Below, one piece after another: positions 37,566 through 45,996 of a stretch of DNA of 64,000 nt. Each line of letters opens with the position of its first letter. Position 1 is the first letter of the stretch. A program made the translations under genes and the position numbers. A model generated the notes under the pieces. It was given only the letters and a program-made list of their open reading frames with translations. It made no database searches and was not told the origin of the DNA. The stretch lies in sequence record KJ190158, one strand, 5' to 3'. Source of the DNA: Escherichia phage FFH2.

Positions 37566-37946
37566 TTAAAAATTATCGCCGTAAATCTTTCCGCTTTCTG
37601 CCCACACCACCACGCGGGGCATGTTATCCCATACATCTTGTTTCAGATTTAACGCGTGCAATTCTTCGGTGGTGCTCATACCAGGCACGGGCTGATTGTA
37701 TACTGCAAAACGACCACCTGCATAATCATAGGCCAGGGTTAAATCACACTGAATCATCTTTTTGATCATGGCGTTGAGCATAGCGTTAGCCGCATACTGG
37801 TCACGTTTTAAAGGCAACTCTTTGATTAGTTTGCGATAGTTTTCAATGTGATCGCACACTGTTTCACGTGGAAGATCTTTCATATCCTCGCGAAAGGTAA
37901 CCAGGTTAAACATAACGGTGTCAATAGCTTTAGTAGTGTTTTTCAT
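37566..37946 (-). CDS. hypothetical protein (126 aa)
   Basis: ORF; promoter TTGCAA-17-TATATT (37999-38027) and 5' hairpin ggggcaaacgtcttgcccc (37971-37990). Confidence 0.5.
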   Translation of the reverse strand: MKNTTKAIDTVMFNLVTFREDMKDLPRETVCDHIENYRKLIKELPLKRDQYAANAMLNAMIKKMIQCDLTLAYDYAGGRFAVYNQPVPGMSTTEELHALNLKQDVWDNMPRVVVWAESGKIYGDNF

Positions 37947-37998
37947 AATGTTTTCCTCTTTGTTTTGTGTGGGGCAAACGTCTTGCCCCCTTGAGTTT

Positions 37999-38027
37999 TA
38001 ATATAGCAGGTTTTTAGATTATTGCAA
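37999..38027 (-). promoter_or_regulatory. sigma70 promoter (TTGCAA-17-TATATT)
   Basis: Hexamers with 17-bp spacer upstream of a 5' stem-loop and the gene at 37946. Confidence 0.5.
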
Positions 38028-38035
38028 CACTTTAT

Positions 38036-38659
38036 TTATGAAAAACTCATCTCTCCATATTCATCTACATCAAACCGCCAATCATTGGCCTCAATAAGGC
38101 CGATCAGGTTTTCGGTAGTGAACTGCTCTAGATAGGCCTCCTCCAGGTCTACGTAAACCTTGCGGGATAGCTCCCGTACCGTCTCGGTGATCAGCTCTTC
38201 CAGGTCTTCCACTTTGTTTTCTTGTTTGGCGGTCAGATCTAGCCAGGTGGTATCAATGTATCCGCTTACAGTGTTTTCATGGCTGTAATGGCTGTACTTG
38301 TCGCGTTCAATACTGGCTGATAACTCGCCATCGTGCATTGTGCCGAACAAGTGACGAATTGATCGGAACTTGGTCAGGGCCTTTACTTTACGCAAGAATT
38401 TTTCTAAATCCACGTTTTCAGCACTGATTGACGCGCCGTCACCCTGGCACCAAAAGCCGGACCAATGTACATCGGTATCTTCAAGGCCGTACTCTGGAAA
38501 AACTTGTTCTTTATAATATTCAATTACACTTTCTGCGAAAAAATCCTCTCCGCTGTGTTCTTCTCTTTCGCGGACCATTTCAATAGCTTTTTCTTTTTGT
38601 TCGTCGGTCAGCACGTCGAAAGATAAATTGCAACCTGTGGTAATGTTAACGGTGGTCAT
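38036..38659 (-). CDS. hypothetical highly acidic protein (207 aa)
   Basis: ORF; promoter TTGACA-16-TATAAT at 38717-38744 and 5' hairpin ggcgggaagttttcccgcc (38688-38706). About 25% D+E. Confidence 0.5.
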   Translation of the reverse strand: MTTVNITTGCNLSFDVLTDEQKEKAIEMVREREEHSGEDFFAESVIEYYKEQVFPEYGLEDTDVHWSGFWCQGDGASISAENVDLEKFLRKVKALTKFRSIRHLFGTMHDGELSASIERDKYSHYSHENTVSGYIDTTWLDLTAKQENKVEDLEELITETVRELSRKVYVDLEEAYLEQFTTENLIGLIEANDWRFDVDEYGEMSFS

Positions 38660-38716
38660 GATATTTTCTCCTGTTTTCTTTGTTAGTGGCGGGAAGTTTT
38701 CCCGCCTGTGTGTTTA

Positions 38717-38744
38717 ATTATACTTATTGAGATTTACTTGTCAA
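38717..38744 (-). promoter_or_regulatory. sigma70 promoter (TTGACA-16-TATAAT)
   Basis: Consensus hexamers on the - strand. Confidence 0.6.
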
Positions 38745-38994
38745 CACTATTTTTTAAATTATTGTGGCGCAAAATGTTTAAAATCTCTTCAACGTCATCA
38801 ACACGGCGGCAATTTTTAAACGCTACCAATTGCCCCATGATTTTAATCACTGGGCGGCCTTGCCAGTGCCCCTGGAGAAAGCGCGCCTTGACTTTATCGG
38901 TGGGACTATCACGCCACCAAATGGCCTTGTTATTGCAGTAGTAAAAATTATTCAGGACAATATCAACTTTATCAAAATTTTTTAATTTACGCAT
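38734..38994 (-). CDS. hypothetical basic protein (86 aa)
   Basis: ORF. Confidence 0.4.
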   Translation of the reverse strand: MRKLKNFDKVDIVLNNFYYCNNKAIWWRDSPTDKVKARFLQGHWQGRPVIKIMGQLVAFKNCRRVDDVEEILNILRHNNLKNSVDK

Positions 38995-39239
38995 AGTGTT
39001 TACTCCTTCCTTCTTGCTTTGATGTGGTTAGTATATCCGGACTATTCCAAGGTGTCAAGCTTTAAATAAAATCACTGTCAATGATATTTTTAACACCATA
39101 AAACGGCCCTAGGCGATGTTTTCAGGTTAATAAAGGGGATTGCATAGGTAGGGGCTTTTGTGGCGTTTGTGGGGCCAACCAGGGGCGCTATTCGTAGGAT
39201 AGAAATAAAAAGCCCCGCACAATGGCGGGGCGTTGGTTG

Positions 39240-39437
39240 CTATTTGTCTTTGTGGCGGTATCGTTCCGCCTGTCGTTCACGTTCCAAAAGCAGGCCCGGT
39301 AATTTGCGATCATAGTGATTTCTCCAGATCTTCCCGAACCTTTTCGGTTTATTCAGTTTATTGTTACGCTGGCGGCGTTCCGGCAGCTCTTCGGAATCGT
39401 GGGGGCGCTTTACAATTTTTTCGAAATTAATTTTCAT
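39240..39437 (-). CDS. hypothetical very basic protein (~65 aa, start MKINFEK)
   Basis: aaagggggcg RBS; R/K-rich. Confidence 0.4.
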   Translation of the reverse strand: MKINFEKIVKRPHDSEELPERRQRNNKLNKPKRFGKIWRNHYDRKLPGLLLERERQAERYRHKDK

Positions 39438-39798
39438 AAACGCCCCCTTTACTGATCTCAATATTTGCCTGAATCGCCCGGATACGACGTTTTATAGTCT
39501 CCTGATCCTTGCAATCATATCCCCAAAAGTCTACGATTTTTGCGCCGCCAGCCTTTAAGCGGTATAATGTTTCTTGCATCTTGTAAGCTGGGATCGGTCT
39601 CGGTGTTACCTGGTCCCCTTTCCCATCCTTGTACTTGATAATGTAGTCTTCGTTGTCGTTGAATACCCAAAATGGGTATTCTGTAAGCGCGTTGCTCTCT
39701 TTTTCGTTTTTGGATTGGATCTTGTTTACAATTAAAGCCGTAGCAATAGCGCCAATAATAAAACTTGCCCCGCTGATCATGTTACTTTCTCCTTTCAT
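39427..39798 (-). CDS. hypothetical protein with N-terminal TM helix (123 aa)
   Basis: ISGASFIIGAIATALIV hydrophobic segment. Confidence 0.45.
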   Translation of the reverse strand: MKGESNMISGASFIIGAIATALIVNKIQSKNEKESNALTEYPFWVFNDNEDYIIKYKDGKGDQVTPRPIPAYKMQETLYRLKAGGAKIVDFWGYDCKDQETIKRRIRAIQANIEISKGGVYEN

Positions 39799-39856
39799 TG
39801 TGCTGATAAACTATCTTTATAGATGGCCCTGCCACCAGGACCACCGAAAAAACAGT

Positions 39857-40102
39857 TTATTTGACGATACCGACAAAACAGATCCCGCCTTCCCCTATAT
39901 AGGCAATATCGGTAATTTTATAATTTGTCAAGATCCGCGTGTTCAGATCATTAATAAAATCGGTCATCGCGTTGGTGTAGTTGTCTTCCGTGTCTAAGGC
40001 ATAATCCCAGGTGTAAACCTTTTTACGTCCGAAGCCTTTTACCATGATACGGGCGCTTTTGGTGTTGGTAGGGGCATAATATTTGGTAATTAGTGCGGCC
40101 AT
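39857..40102 (-). CDS. hypothetical protein (81 aa)
   Basis: ORF; conserved 45-bp element copy 2 (40146-40190) upstream. Confidence 0.45.
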   Translation of the reverse strand: MAALITKYYAPTNTKSARIMVKGFGRKKVYTWDYALDTEDNYTNAMTDFINDLNTRILTNYKITDIAYIGEGGICFVGIVK

Positions 40103-40191
40103 TGTTTTAACTCCTCTATATTAGTTCAGTGTTAACAGTGTAAAGTTTACTTTATTGATGGCCCTGGAGTCAAGGCCATCTAAAAATAAAT

Positions 40192-40533
40192 TTACTCGTT
40201 TTCTTCCAGTTCTGCAAGCTCTTCTTTCACTTCTTCAAGCTCTGTCTGTAATTCTTGGTATTCTTCATCGTCCTCAATATCCAGGCTGTCGATGTAGTCG
40301 CTAAATCCGCAGCGGTAAGCGATAGGATCTAGCTCCTTGAGGATACGCGACGGAAGAAAAGAAATGTTTCCGATCATAATTTCGCCGTAGATCTCGTCTA
40401 ACCATTCATCATAGTTTTCGTCGTACTTGTCCTCGTCGATTTCAAAGTTATCGATCTTATTCTCAAGGTCTGCGATCTGTTTTTTCAGCGCGGCGATCTG
40501 CATGGCTTTTTCTGCGGCGGTCATAGTAGTCAT
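40192..40533 (-). CDS. highly acidic coiled-coil protein (113 aa); possible DNA mimic
   Basis: About 30% D/E (ELEEVKEELAELEENE, DEDKYDENYDEW). Size and charge resemble Ocr-type anti-restriction proteins. Promoter TTGACA-16-TATACT and 5' hairpin gggaaaacttccc upstream. Confidence 0.45.
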   Translation of the reverse strand: MTTMTAAEKAMQIAALKKQIADLENKIDNFEIDEDKYDENYDEWLDEIYGEIMIGNISFLPSRILKELDPIAYRCGFSDYIDSLDIEDDEEYQELQTELEEVKEELAELEENE

Positions 40534-40810
40534 GGTGTTTTCTCCTTTTGTGTGTTCTGGGAAGTTTTCCCGTTTATGTGTTTAGTATACTGATCTAAGT
40601 TAGCTTGTCAATTAAAAGTTTAAGAAAAATTTTGCGATACCGTTGGCGCTACCCATCAACATTTGCGCCAGGATGTAACCAATGATGCAAACGATAATAG
40701 TTACCTTTGTGTGCTGGCGTGTAGTACTCATCTTCAAGCCTCCTTTTAGCTTAACTGGGATTAGTTTACTTTATTGATGGCCCTGGCGTCAAGACCATCT
40801 AAAAATAAAC

Positions 40811-41206
40811 TTAGTAAGTTTTCAGTACTTTCCCGTCCAATCTGTCAAGCTGGATCTCGATAGCTGCAGAAAACCTATTATAAACCACATCGCCCATGGA
40901 GTCCAGCCAATCTATGACGTTATACACCTGCTCTTTATTCTTGCAAGTCCGGATCCGTTTCATTACGTAAGACGGATCAATATTAGTGCTCTCGTTGTTG
41001 TGGTCATGCGCCTGGCCTGCTGCATTAGTTATAGATTTTACAACCACCTGAAAGGGCTTTAAGGTGCCTTTTGCGTTCATCTCACGCGCTTTTGCGGCGC
41101 GGTTGTTATATGTTACACAACGGCGGCAAATGTTGACCAAATGCATATCAATAATTTTTTCATCGTTTGCCAGTTCGTTCATGATGCGGCGTACGTTCTT
41201 ATTCAT
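40811..41206 (-). CDS. hypothetical protein (131 aa)
   Basis: ORF; promoter TTGACA-16-TAAACT and hairpin ggcgggaatgtttcccgcc upstream. A 35-aa hydrophobic peptide ORF (40624-40731) lies downstream. Confidence 0.45.
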   Translation of the reverse strand: MNKNVRRIMNELANDEKIIDMHLVNICRRCVTYNNRAAKAREMNAKGTLKPFQVVVKSITNAAGQAHDHNNESTNIDPSYVMKRIRTCKNKEQVYNVIDWLDSMGDVVYNRFSAAIEIQLDRLDGKVLKTY

Positions 41207-41292
41207 GATCTTTTTCCTTTGTGTTGGCGGGAAACATTCCCGCCTTTTGTGCCCAGTTTACTTTAATTTTGCAGCGTGTCAATAATTTTTTT

Positions 41293-41691
41293 TTATTCGT
41301 GGGCGCATGTCACAATGTGCTTTTTATACCCCAGGTGGGCAGCAAGTGCTGACAAAAACTCATCTTCATAGATCCAGCCGTTGGCAGTGATCCCCATAGC
41401 ATTTAACGCGCTTTCAAGTGCTGCATTGGCCTTATCATAACCGTGACCGCTCGCCTTGCCACCAGTATAACCGTACTTGTTGTTCTTGCTGTCGTGCATC
41501 CAAAAGACGCAATAATGAGTGTTACCGCTGGAGGCGGCATAGTACCGGATCTCCGCTACTTCGTGCAAATTATTATCATCGTCCAGGCCAACCAGATTAT
41601 AAGCCTTGTAAAATCCACGATCACGGCGGCAGTTCTTGACATCAGAAAAAGAGAAGTCGGCATTGTCAAAATTAAAGGTTGTGGTTTTCAT
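41293..41691 (-). CDS. hypothetical protein (132 aa)
   Basis: ORF. Confidence 0.45.
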   Translation of the reverse strand: MKTTTFNFDNADFSFSDVKNCRRDRGFYKAYNLVGLDDDNNLHEVAEIRYYAASSGNTHYCVFWMHDSKNNKYGYTGGKASGHGYDKANAALESALNAMGITANGWIYEDEFLSALAAHLGYKKHIVTCAHE

Positions 41692-41755
41692 GATTTTATC
41701 CTCTTAGTGTCTTTTGTGATTTCAGTATATTTTGTGTCGGGGCGTATGTCAATAC

Positions 41756-41953
41756 TTATTTTTTATTAAACCAGTGATTGATCTGACCTTTTGTCAGGGC
41801 GCAACGATTAAGTTGGTGCCGGGTATAGCTCTGACCGCGACGGAATTTATAAAGGCCTTGCCCGTTGTTGATGGTTACGTCCACCTGGCAAACCATTTGA
41901 TCGGTGACCACCTGGCGAGCGTTGCGACGTACTTTGATTCCGTAGGCGTTCAT
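41756..41953 (-). CDS. hypothetical basic protein (65 aa)
   Basis: ORF. A ~58-aa ORF (42041-42217) lies upstream. Confidence 0.35.
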   Translation of the reverse strand: MNAYGIKVRRNARQVVTDQMVCQVDVTINNGQGLYKFRRGQSYTRHQLNRCALTKGQINHWFNKK

Positions 41954-42374
41954 GATTTTTTATCCTCTCTGTTAATTAGTGTGGTGTTGTTCACCTTGCG
42001 AGGATAAGAATAACAAGAACTGTCCGAGCTGTCAACTATTAGTTAAAATTATTTTTTGGGCGGAATTCTCCAGCCGCCGCCCCTGCCAGGTTAACCATCA
42101 TTTTTTCGTACTCTTCTTTATATTCCAACGCTCCCGCTATAGCCTTTTCAACCAGGGCGATAGCCTCAGCGTCATTAATAGCTACATTTTCCAGGGGGAT
42201 CATATTACCTTTCATTTTTGTACCTCCTCTTCAATTGTTACCTATCCTATAGCATAGGCCCACCAGGTTTACAAGCCTTCATTCTCTCCTACCTGGTCAG
42301 TTAGGTCCTGCCAGGCTGGCCCCACTAGGTTGCAGCGGTTAGTGCATCAGGTTAGAAAAATTTTTTGAAAAGTG

Positions 42375-42403
42375 TTGACAGCGGCCCCGCCAGGTGGCAC
42401 AAT
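42375..42403 (+). promoter_or_regulatory. promoter-like site (TTGACA-17-CACAAT), module copy B
   Basis: Consensus -35 with a weak -10. Followed by structured element B (42421-42456) and Fur-box-like palindrome 42475-42496. Confidence 0.35.
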
Positions 42404-42518
42404 ATACCTATCGAAAGGACGGCAGGCACCGGTGACGGGGGAGACAACCACCGGGGATGGGCGCTGCATAAAATGAGAACGGTTATCATTATCATTTAAA
42501 AATTTATGCAAAAAATCC

Positions 42519-42546
42519 TTGCTTTCTTTGTCCTGTGTGATACTAT
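42519..42546 (+). promoter_or_regulatory. promoter-like site (TTGCTT-16-TACTAT), module copy C
   Basis: Followed by element C (42571-42595) and Fur-box-like palindrome gagaATGATTATCATTc (42611-42627). Confidence 0.4.
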
Positions 42547-42739
42547 AATAACAAGCCGGGGCAACAGGGGCCGGGAGACAATCACCGGGCCTGCCCGTTA
42601 TTCTGCAAACGAGAATGATTATCATTCAAAATTCTAAATGAGAACTCCTCGCATTTAATAAATTTAATTAGCACGCTAATTACACTCCGTAACAATTTAC
42701 TATAAAATAGTATCCACTAAAATATTCCCATATAGAAAT

Positions 42740-43200
42740 TTTAAAAATCCATTTCTGAAAACGAAAAATCGATTTCGTCCCTAAAAATTTCAGGCCTAGA
42801 TCCGGAACGATTTCCAGAAAATCCGATTCAGAAAACGAAAAACAGATCGAGTACTGAGAAATTTATCGAGAAAAATTTTCAGAAAATCCAAGCCCTGAAA
42901 TGAAAAGTAGATCGAGTACCTGGAAAGCTGCACCGCAACTTCAAGATAGTGGTTAGATTGTTACCATAGAAGGTCAAGGGTAAGTGGAGGAAGTTCTAGT
43001 AGAGGGAGGTTAGCATGTGTGGGAAATCTATAATGGTGGCCTGGAATATAGTGCAAACGATAGGATGAGTTATTCAGCTTGTCGCGCCTACTCTGAAAAA
43101 TCCATTTTAGTTTTCGATCCATTTTCTGATTTTCTAAGAATTTTAAAATATCCGGCCCGGTGAAATATCAAAAGGAGGAAATCCATTTTAGAAATCCCCC
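42740..43200. repeat. iteron-like direct repeats (gaaaacgaaaaa; agatcgagtac; aaatccatttt)
   Basis: gaaaacgaaaaa at 42757 and 42832; agatcgagtac at 42844 and 42909; aaatccatttt three times. ORF-free. Confidence 0.5.
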
Positions 43201-43231
43201 TTATACTTGATATGCCAGGAATTTTCAAGTA

Positions 43232-43561
43232 TCAGCTGTCTTTGTTTTTAGGTTTGTACATGCGCAGAGGTATGGTCTTTGTAACATTCCATTTCCTCAA
43301 CCCTTCCCAGCTCCAGTTGTGGGCGTGATACCCGGTTATGCATGCACTGCTGGCGTGATCATAAGCATAAGAGAACGCTATGTGCACCAGGTGGGGCCAG
43401 TCCTTCCACGGCTGTGGACCGTAAGCCTTTCTCCAACACCGACACAAACTAATTGTCTCAAGAATAGGGAGAATAACAATTCCATATACCACCACCAGAA
43501 TGGTCAGTGCAATGATTGTCAGGAACACATACCCTGCAGTTGAAATGATGATCTCTGTCAT
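43232..43561 (-). CDS. membrane protein (2 N-terminal TM helices)
   Basis: IIISTAGYVFLTIIALTILVVVYGIVILPIL. Confidence 0.45.
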   Translation of the reverse strand: MTEIIISTAGYVFLTIIALTILVVVYGIVILPILETISLCRCWRKAYGPQPWKDWPHLVHIAFSYAYDHASSACITGYHAHNWSWEGLRKWNVTKTIPLRMYKPKNKDS

Positions 43562-43761
43562 TTGTCGTCCCCTTTCTTACGAATATAGATGTGAGAGCCT
43601 GCCTGTATATAAATTTCTCGACCATCCTCTGCAAAGATATGAAATACACGATCACCTTCGTACTCGATACGAGATATCTTCATAATGGTCTTTCCACCTG
43701 GGATACGGATCTCGTCCCCCACAGCGATGTTCCATGCAGATTTAAGCTTAAACATCTGCAC
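43558..43761 (-). CDS. hypothetical protein (67 aa)
   Basis: ORF coupled. Confidence 0.4.
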   Translation of the reverse strand: MQMFKLKSAWNIAVGDEIRIPGGKTIMKISRIEYEGDRVFHIFAEDGREIYIQAGSHIYIRKKGDDK

Positions 43762-43993
43762 CCTCCTTTGGGAACTTGAACTCTGGCATAGCCATATACG
43801 CTACAACAGGGTTGTGATCAAAGTAGAACTGACCGTTAATTATCCCGGTTTTGTCCACATAGTTACCAGATCCTGCAAGAACAACCTCGCAAGCTCCGAA
43901 ATCCACATTGCCATTCTCATCTGCCATGGCTACAATATACTTTCCTAGAGGCATGTTTTTAACGCCGTCTACAAATGTCCACCCTTTGTTCAT
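43748..43993 (-). CDS. hypothetical protein (81 aa)
   Basis: ORF. Confidence 0.4.
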   Translation of the reverse strand: MNKGWTFVDGVKNMPLGKYIVAMADENGNVDFGACEVVLAGSGNYVDKTGIINGQFYFDHNPVVAYMAMPEFKFPKEGADV

Positions 43994-44014
43994 AACTTTA
44001 TCTCCTGGACTTTC

Positions 44015-44347
44015 TTAAGGTAACCAGTAAACAATTTCGCCTTTCAGTTCCATGTCGTTACCGACATAGATTTTCCAGCCATCCATTTTAGCCACTGCAG
44101 GAGTGAAGTCCGAAGAACCACTAACCTCTTTCCAAGTCCCGTAGTCAGGTTGCCAGATATAGAATCCACCTTCCTTGTCCCATGCTCCATATACCACATC
44201 GAGCAGGTTGCCCATTGCAACAATAGTAGGCCGTGGGAACAATGCATCTACAGATGCGCCACAATATCTAGTATCTTTTAAATTGCACTCCCAAAAGATG
44301 TCTGCCAGTGTGGCGGCGATAGCTTTACGTCTTTCTAATGTTACCAT
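44015..44347 (-). CDS. hypothetical protein (110 aa)
   Basis: ORF. Confidence 0.4.
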   Translation of the reverse strand: MVTLERRKAIAATLADIFWECNLKDTRYCGASVDALFPRPTIVAMGNLLDVVYGAWDKEGGFYIWQPDYGTWKEVSGSSDFTPAVAKMDGWKIYVGNDMELKGEIVYWLP

Positions 44348-44354
44348 ATCATAC

Positions 44355-44546
44355 TCACTTGTTGTTGATAAGTTCTAAAACTTTCTGTCTTACTTTGTCA
44401 AGGTCTGTGGATTCAAAAACTGTACGATATCCCCAACTTTGCCCATAGGAGTGACTGCAATCCCCGTAGCACCATTGCTCAATTTGATAGTATTCAAGGA
44501 ACGGGTGCTGTCTAACTATGATACCATCCCGGTTAAAAATTACCAT
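44355..44546 (-). CDS. hypothetical protein (63 aa)
   Basis: ORF. Confidence 0.35.
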   Translation of the reverse strand: MVIFNRDGIIVRQHPFLEYYQIEQWCYGDCSHSYGQSWGYRTVFESTDLDKVRQKVLELINNK

Positions 44547-44609
44547 AATACATCACTCTCTGTTAGTTTATGCATATATTATACACTGCAGTTTTCAGAT
44601 GTCAATCTT

Positions 44610-44861
44610 TTACAGGTTACTCCAGTATAATCGGCATTTACATTTTGGGCAATAAGGTTCTTTTATGTAATAACCATCAGTCTTTGGAACACTTTTTGGT
44701 GCAGTTTTAAGATTGTACCTGGTAAAACATCGGAAGCAGGTTACCTCTCCCACCTGTTGATCGTTGATCCACTCACCAGAGTAAAGCTCTTTCTTGTTTC
44801 TCATAATTCTCTCCCAAATCCTCTGCAATCTTATACCAAAATCTCCAGCCAGAAAGCACAC
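44610..44861 (-). CDS. hypothetical zinc-ribbon protein (83 aa)
   Basis: C..C ... CPKCKC motifs. Confidence 0.4.
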   Translation of the reverse strand: MCFLAGDFGIRLQRIWERIMRNKKELYSGEWINDQQVGEVTCFRCFTRYNLKTAPKSVPKTDGYYIKEPYCPKCKCRLYWSNL

Positions 44862-45054
44862 GGGAACACTTTGAGGATTGAATCTTTACTTGGCTCGGAA
44901 GTTCTTTTTCCGTATGGTAGGTAGAAATACCCTCCTGCAGACTCTAACACAGCCCCTTCGGTTGTATCTATCACAGCCAGAATTAAGATTTTAGTCTCCA
45001 TAGTGCTCCCTCTCTCAATCGTTGTGGTGACTATACCATCTCAAAAACCAGCTG

Positions 45055-45594
45055 TCAACACTTTTTGTACTCCACCACGATAATATCCATATCAAAAGTG
45101 GCAAGGTTAATAACGTCCTCTACGTGCTCCCACTTCAAACCGCCTATGCCGCACCCGATCTTAGGGATGTAGAATGGTAAAGTCGATCCACTGAATACCT
45201 CATTGACTAGCTCAAAGCCTTTCAGGATTGAGAAATATTCAGCATTAGGTCCTGGGTAGAACTGAGTATACAGATTGATTCCGTAGACAATACCTCTCGG
45301 AGATAAGTGCTCCCATCGGGAGAACGCACCCAGTTTACTTAGGCAACCATGTCTGGTCTCTTTGTCAGCTGCCAATGCTTGAGGGAACTCACGGGCAATC
45401 TGTTTTGCTATCCCCTTGCCCATTGTGTGGAAGCAGTTACAACCGTGGATCAGGTGACCAGCACCACTCTTAAAAAGGGAGATTAAATCTCCCTCTACAG
45501 TATCAATAATCACGGTATGCCAGCTCCTCTTCCACAATTTCAAAAAACTCATCCCAACCTTGTGGCATATTTGAGTTACCGAAGTGGCTTTCAT
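45055..45594 (-). CDS. macro-domain protein (ADP-ribose binding/hydrolase-like)
   Basis: HLIHGCNCFHTMGKGIAKQI matches the macro-domain core (NAAN..GGGV.GAI-like). A second G-rich loop IGCGIGGL follows. Confidence 0.6.
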   Translation of the reverse strand: MKATSVTQICHKVGMSFLKLWKRSWHTVIIDTVEGDLISLFKSGAGHLIHGCNCFHTMGKGIAKQIAREFPQALAADKETRHGCLSKLGAFSRWEHLSPRGIVYGINLYTQFYPGPNAEYFSILKGFELVNEVFSGSTLPFYIPKIGCGIGGLKWEHVEDVINLATFDMDIIVVEYKKC

Positions 45595-45928
45595 AGTAAA
45601 GGTTCTTACCGCTAGGAAGGTAGAAATCTGTTACCTCATAAAATCCACAATCGTCGCACTCACCTTCTTCAAACTTGGCCTTAACCTTAATACCGAGGAA
45701 GGTGAAAAGTTTATGGACATCTTCAGTTTCGAACTCCCAGGGAATGTTGTTTTCCGCATCGGTGTAGAACTGGATCAGCAGACCATTGTCCAGTTTACCA
45801 AAATACTCTGTGAAGTAACTTCCTTCCCAGAAATCTTTATGACAAATAATATCCATGCGTTTGCCCATAATAATGGTGTGAGCGTTTTGGGCATCGTCAC
45901 GAATCAGTTTTGGCATTTCATAGATCAT
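45503..45928 (-). CDS. hypothetical protein (141 aa)
   Basis: ORF overlapping the macro-domain gene start. Confidence 0.4.
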   Translation of the reverse strand: MIYEMPKLIRDDAQNAHTIIMGKRMDIICHKDFWEGSYFTEYFGKLDNGLLIQFYTDAENNIPWEFETEDVHKLFTFLGIKVKAKFEEGECDDCGFYEVTDFYLPSGKNLYYESHFGNSNMPQGWDEFFEIVEEELAYRDY

Positions 45929-45996
45929 CTTAGTTCTCCGGGTTCAACAGGTGGTGGCGCTACAGGAAGATCATAAAACATAGCTATCACAGTCTC

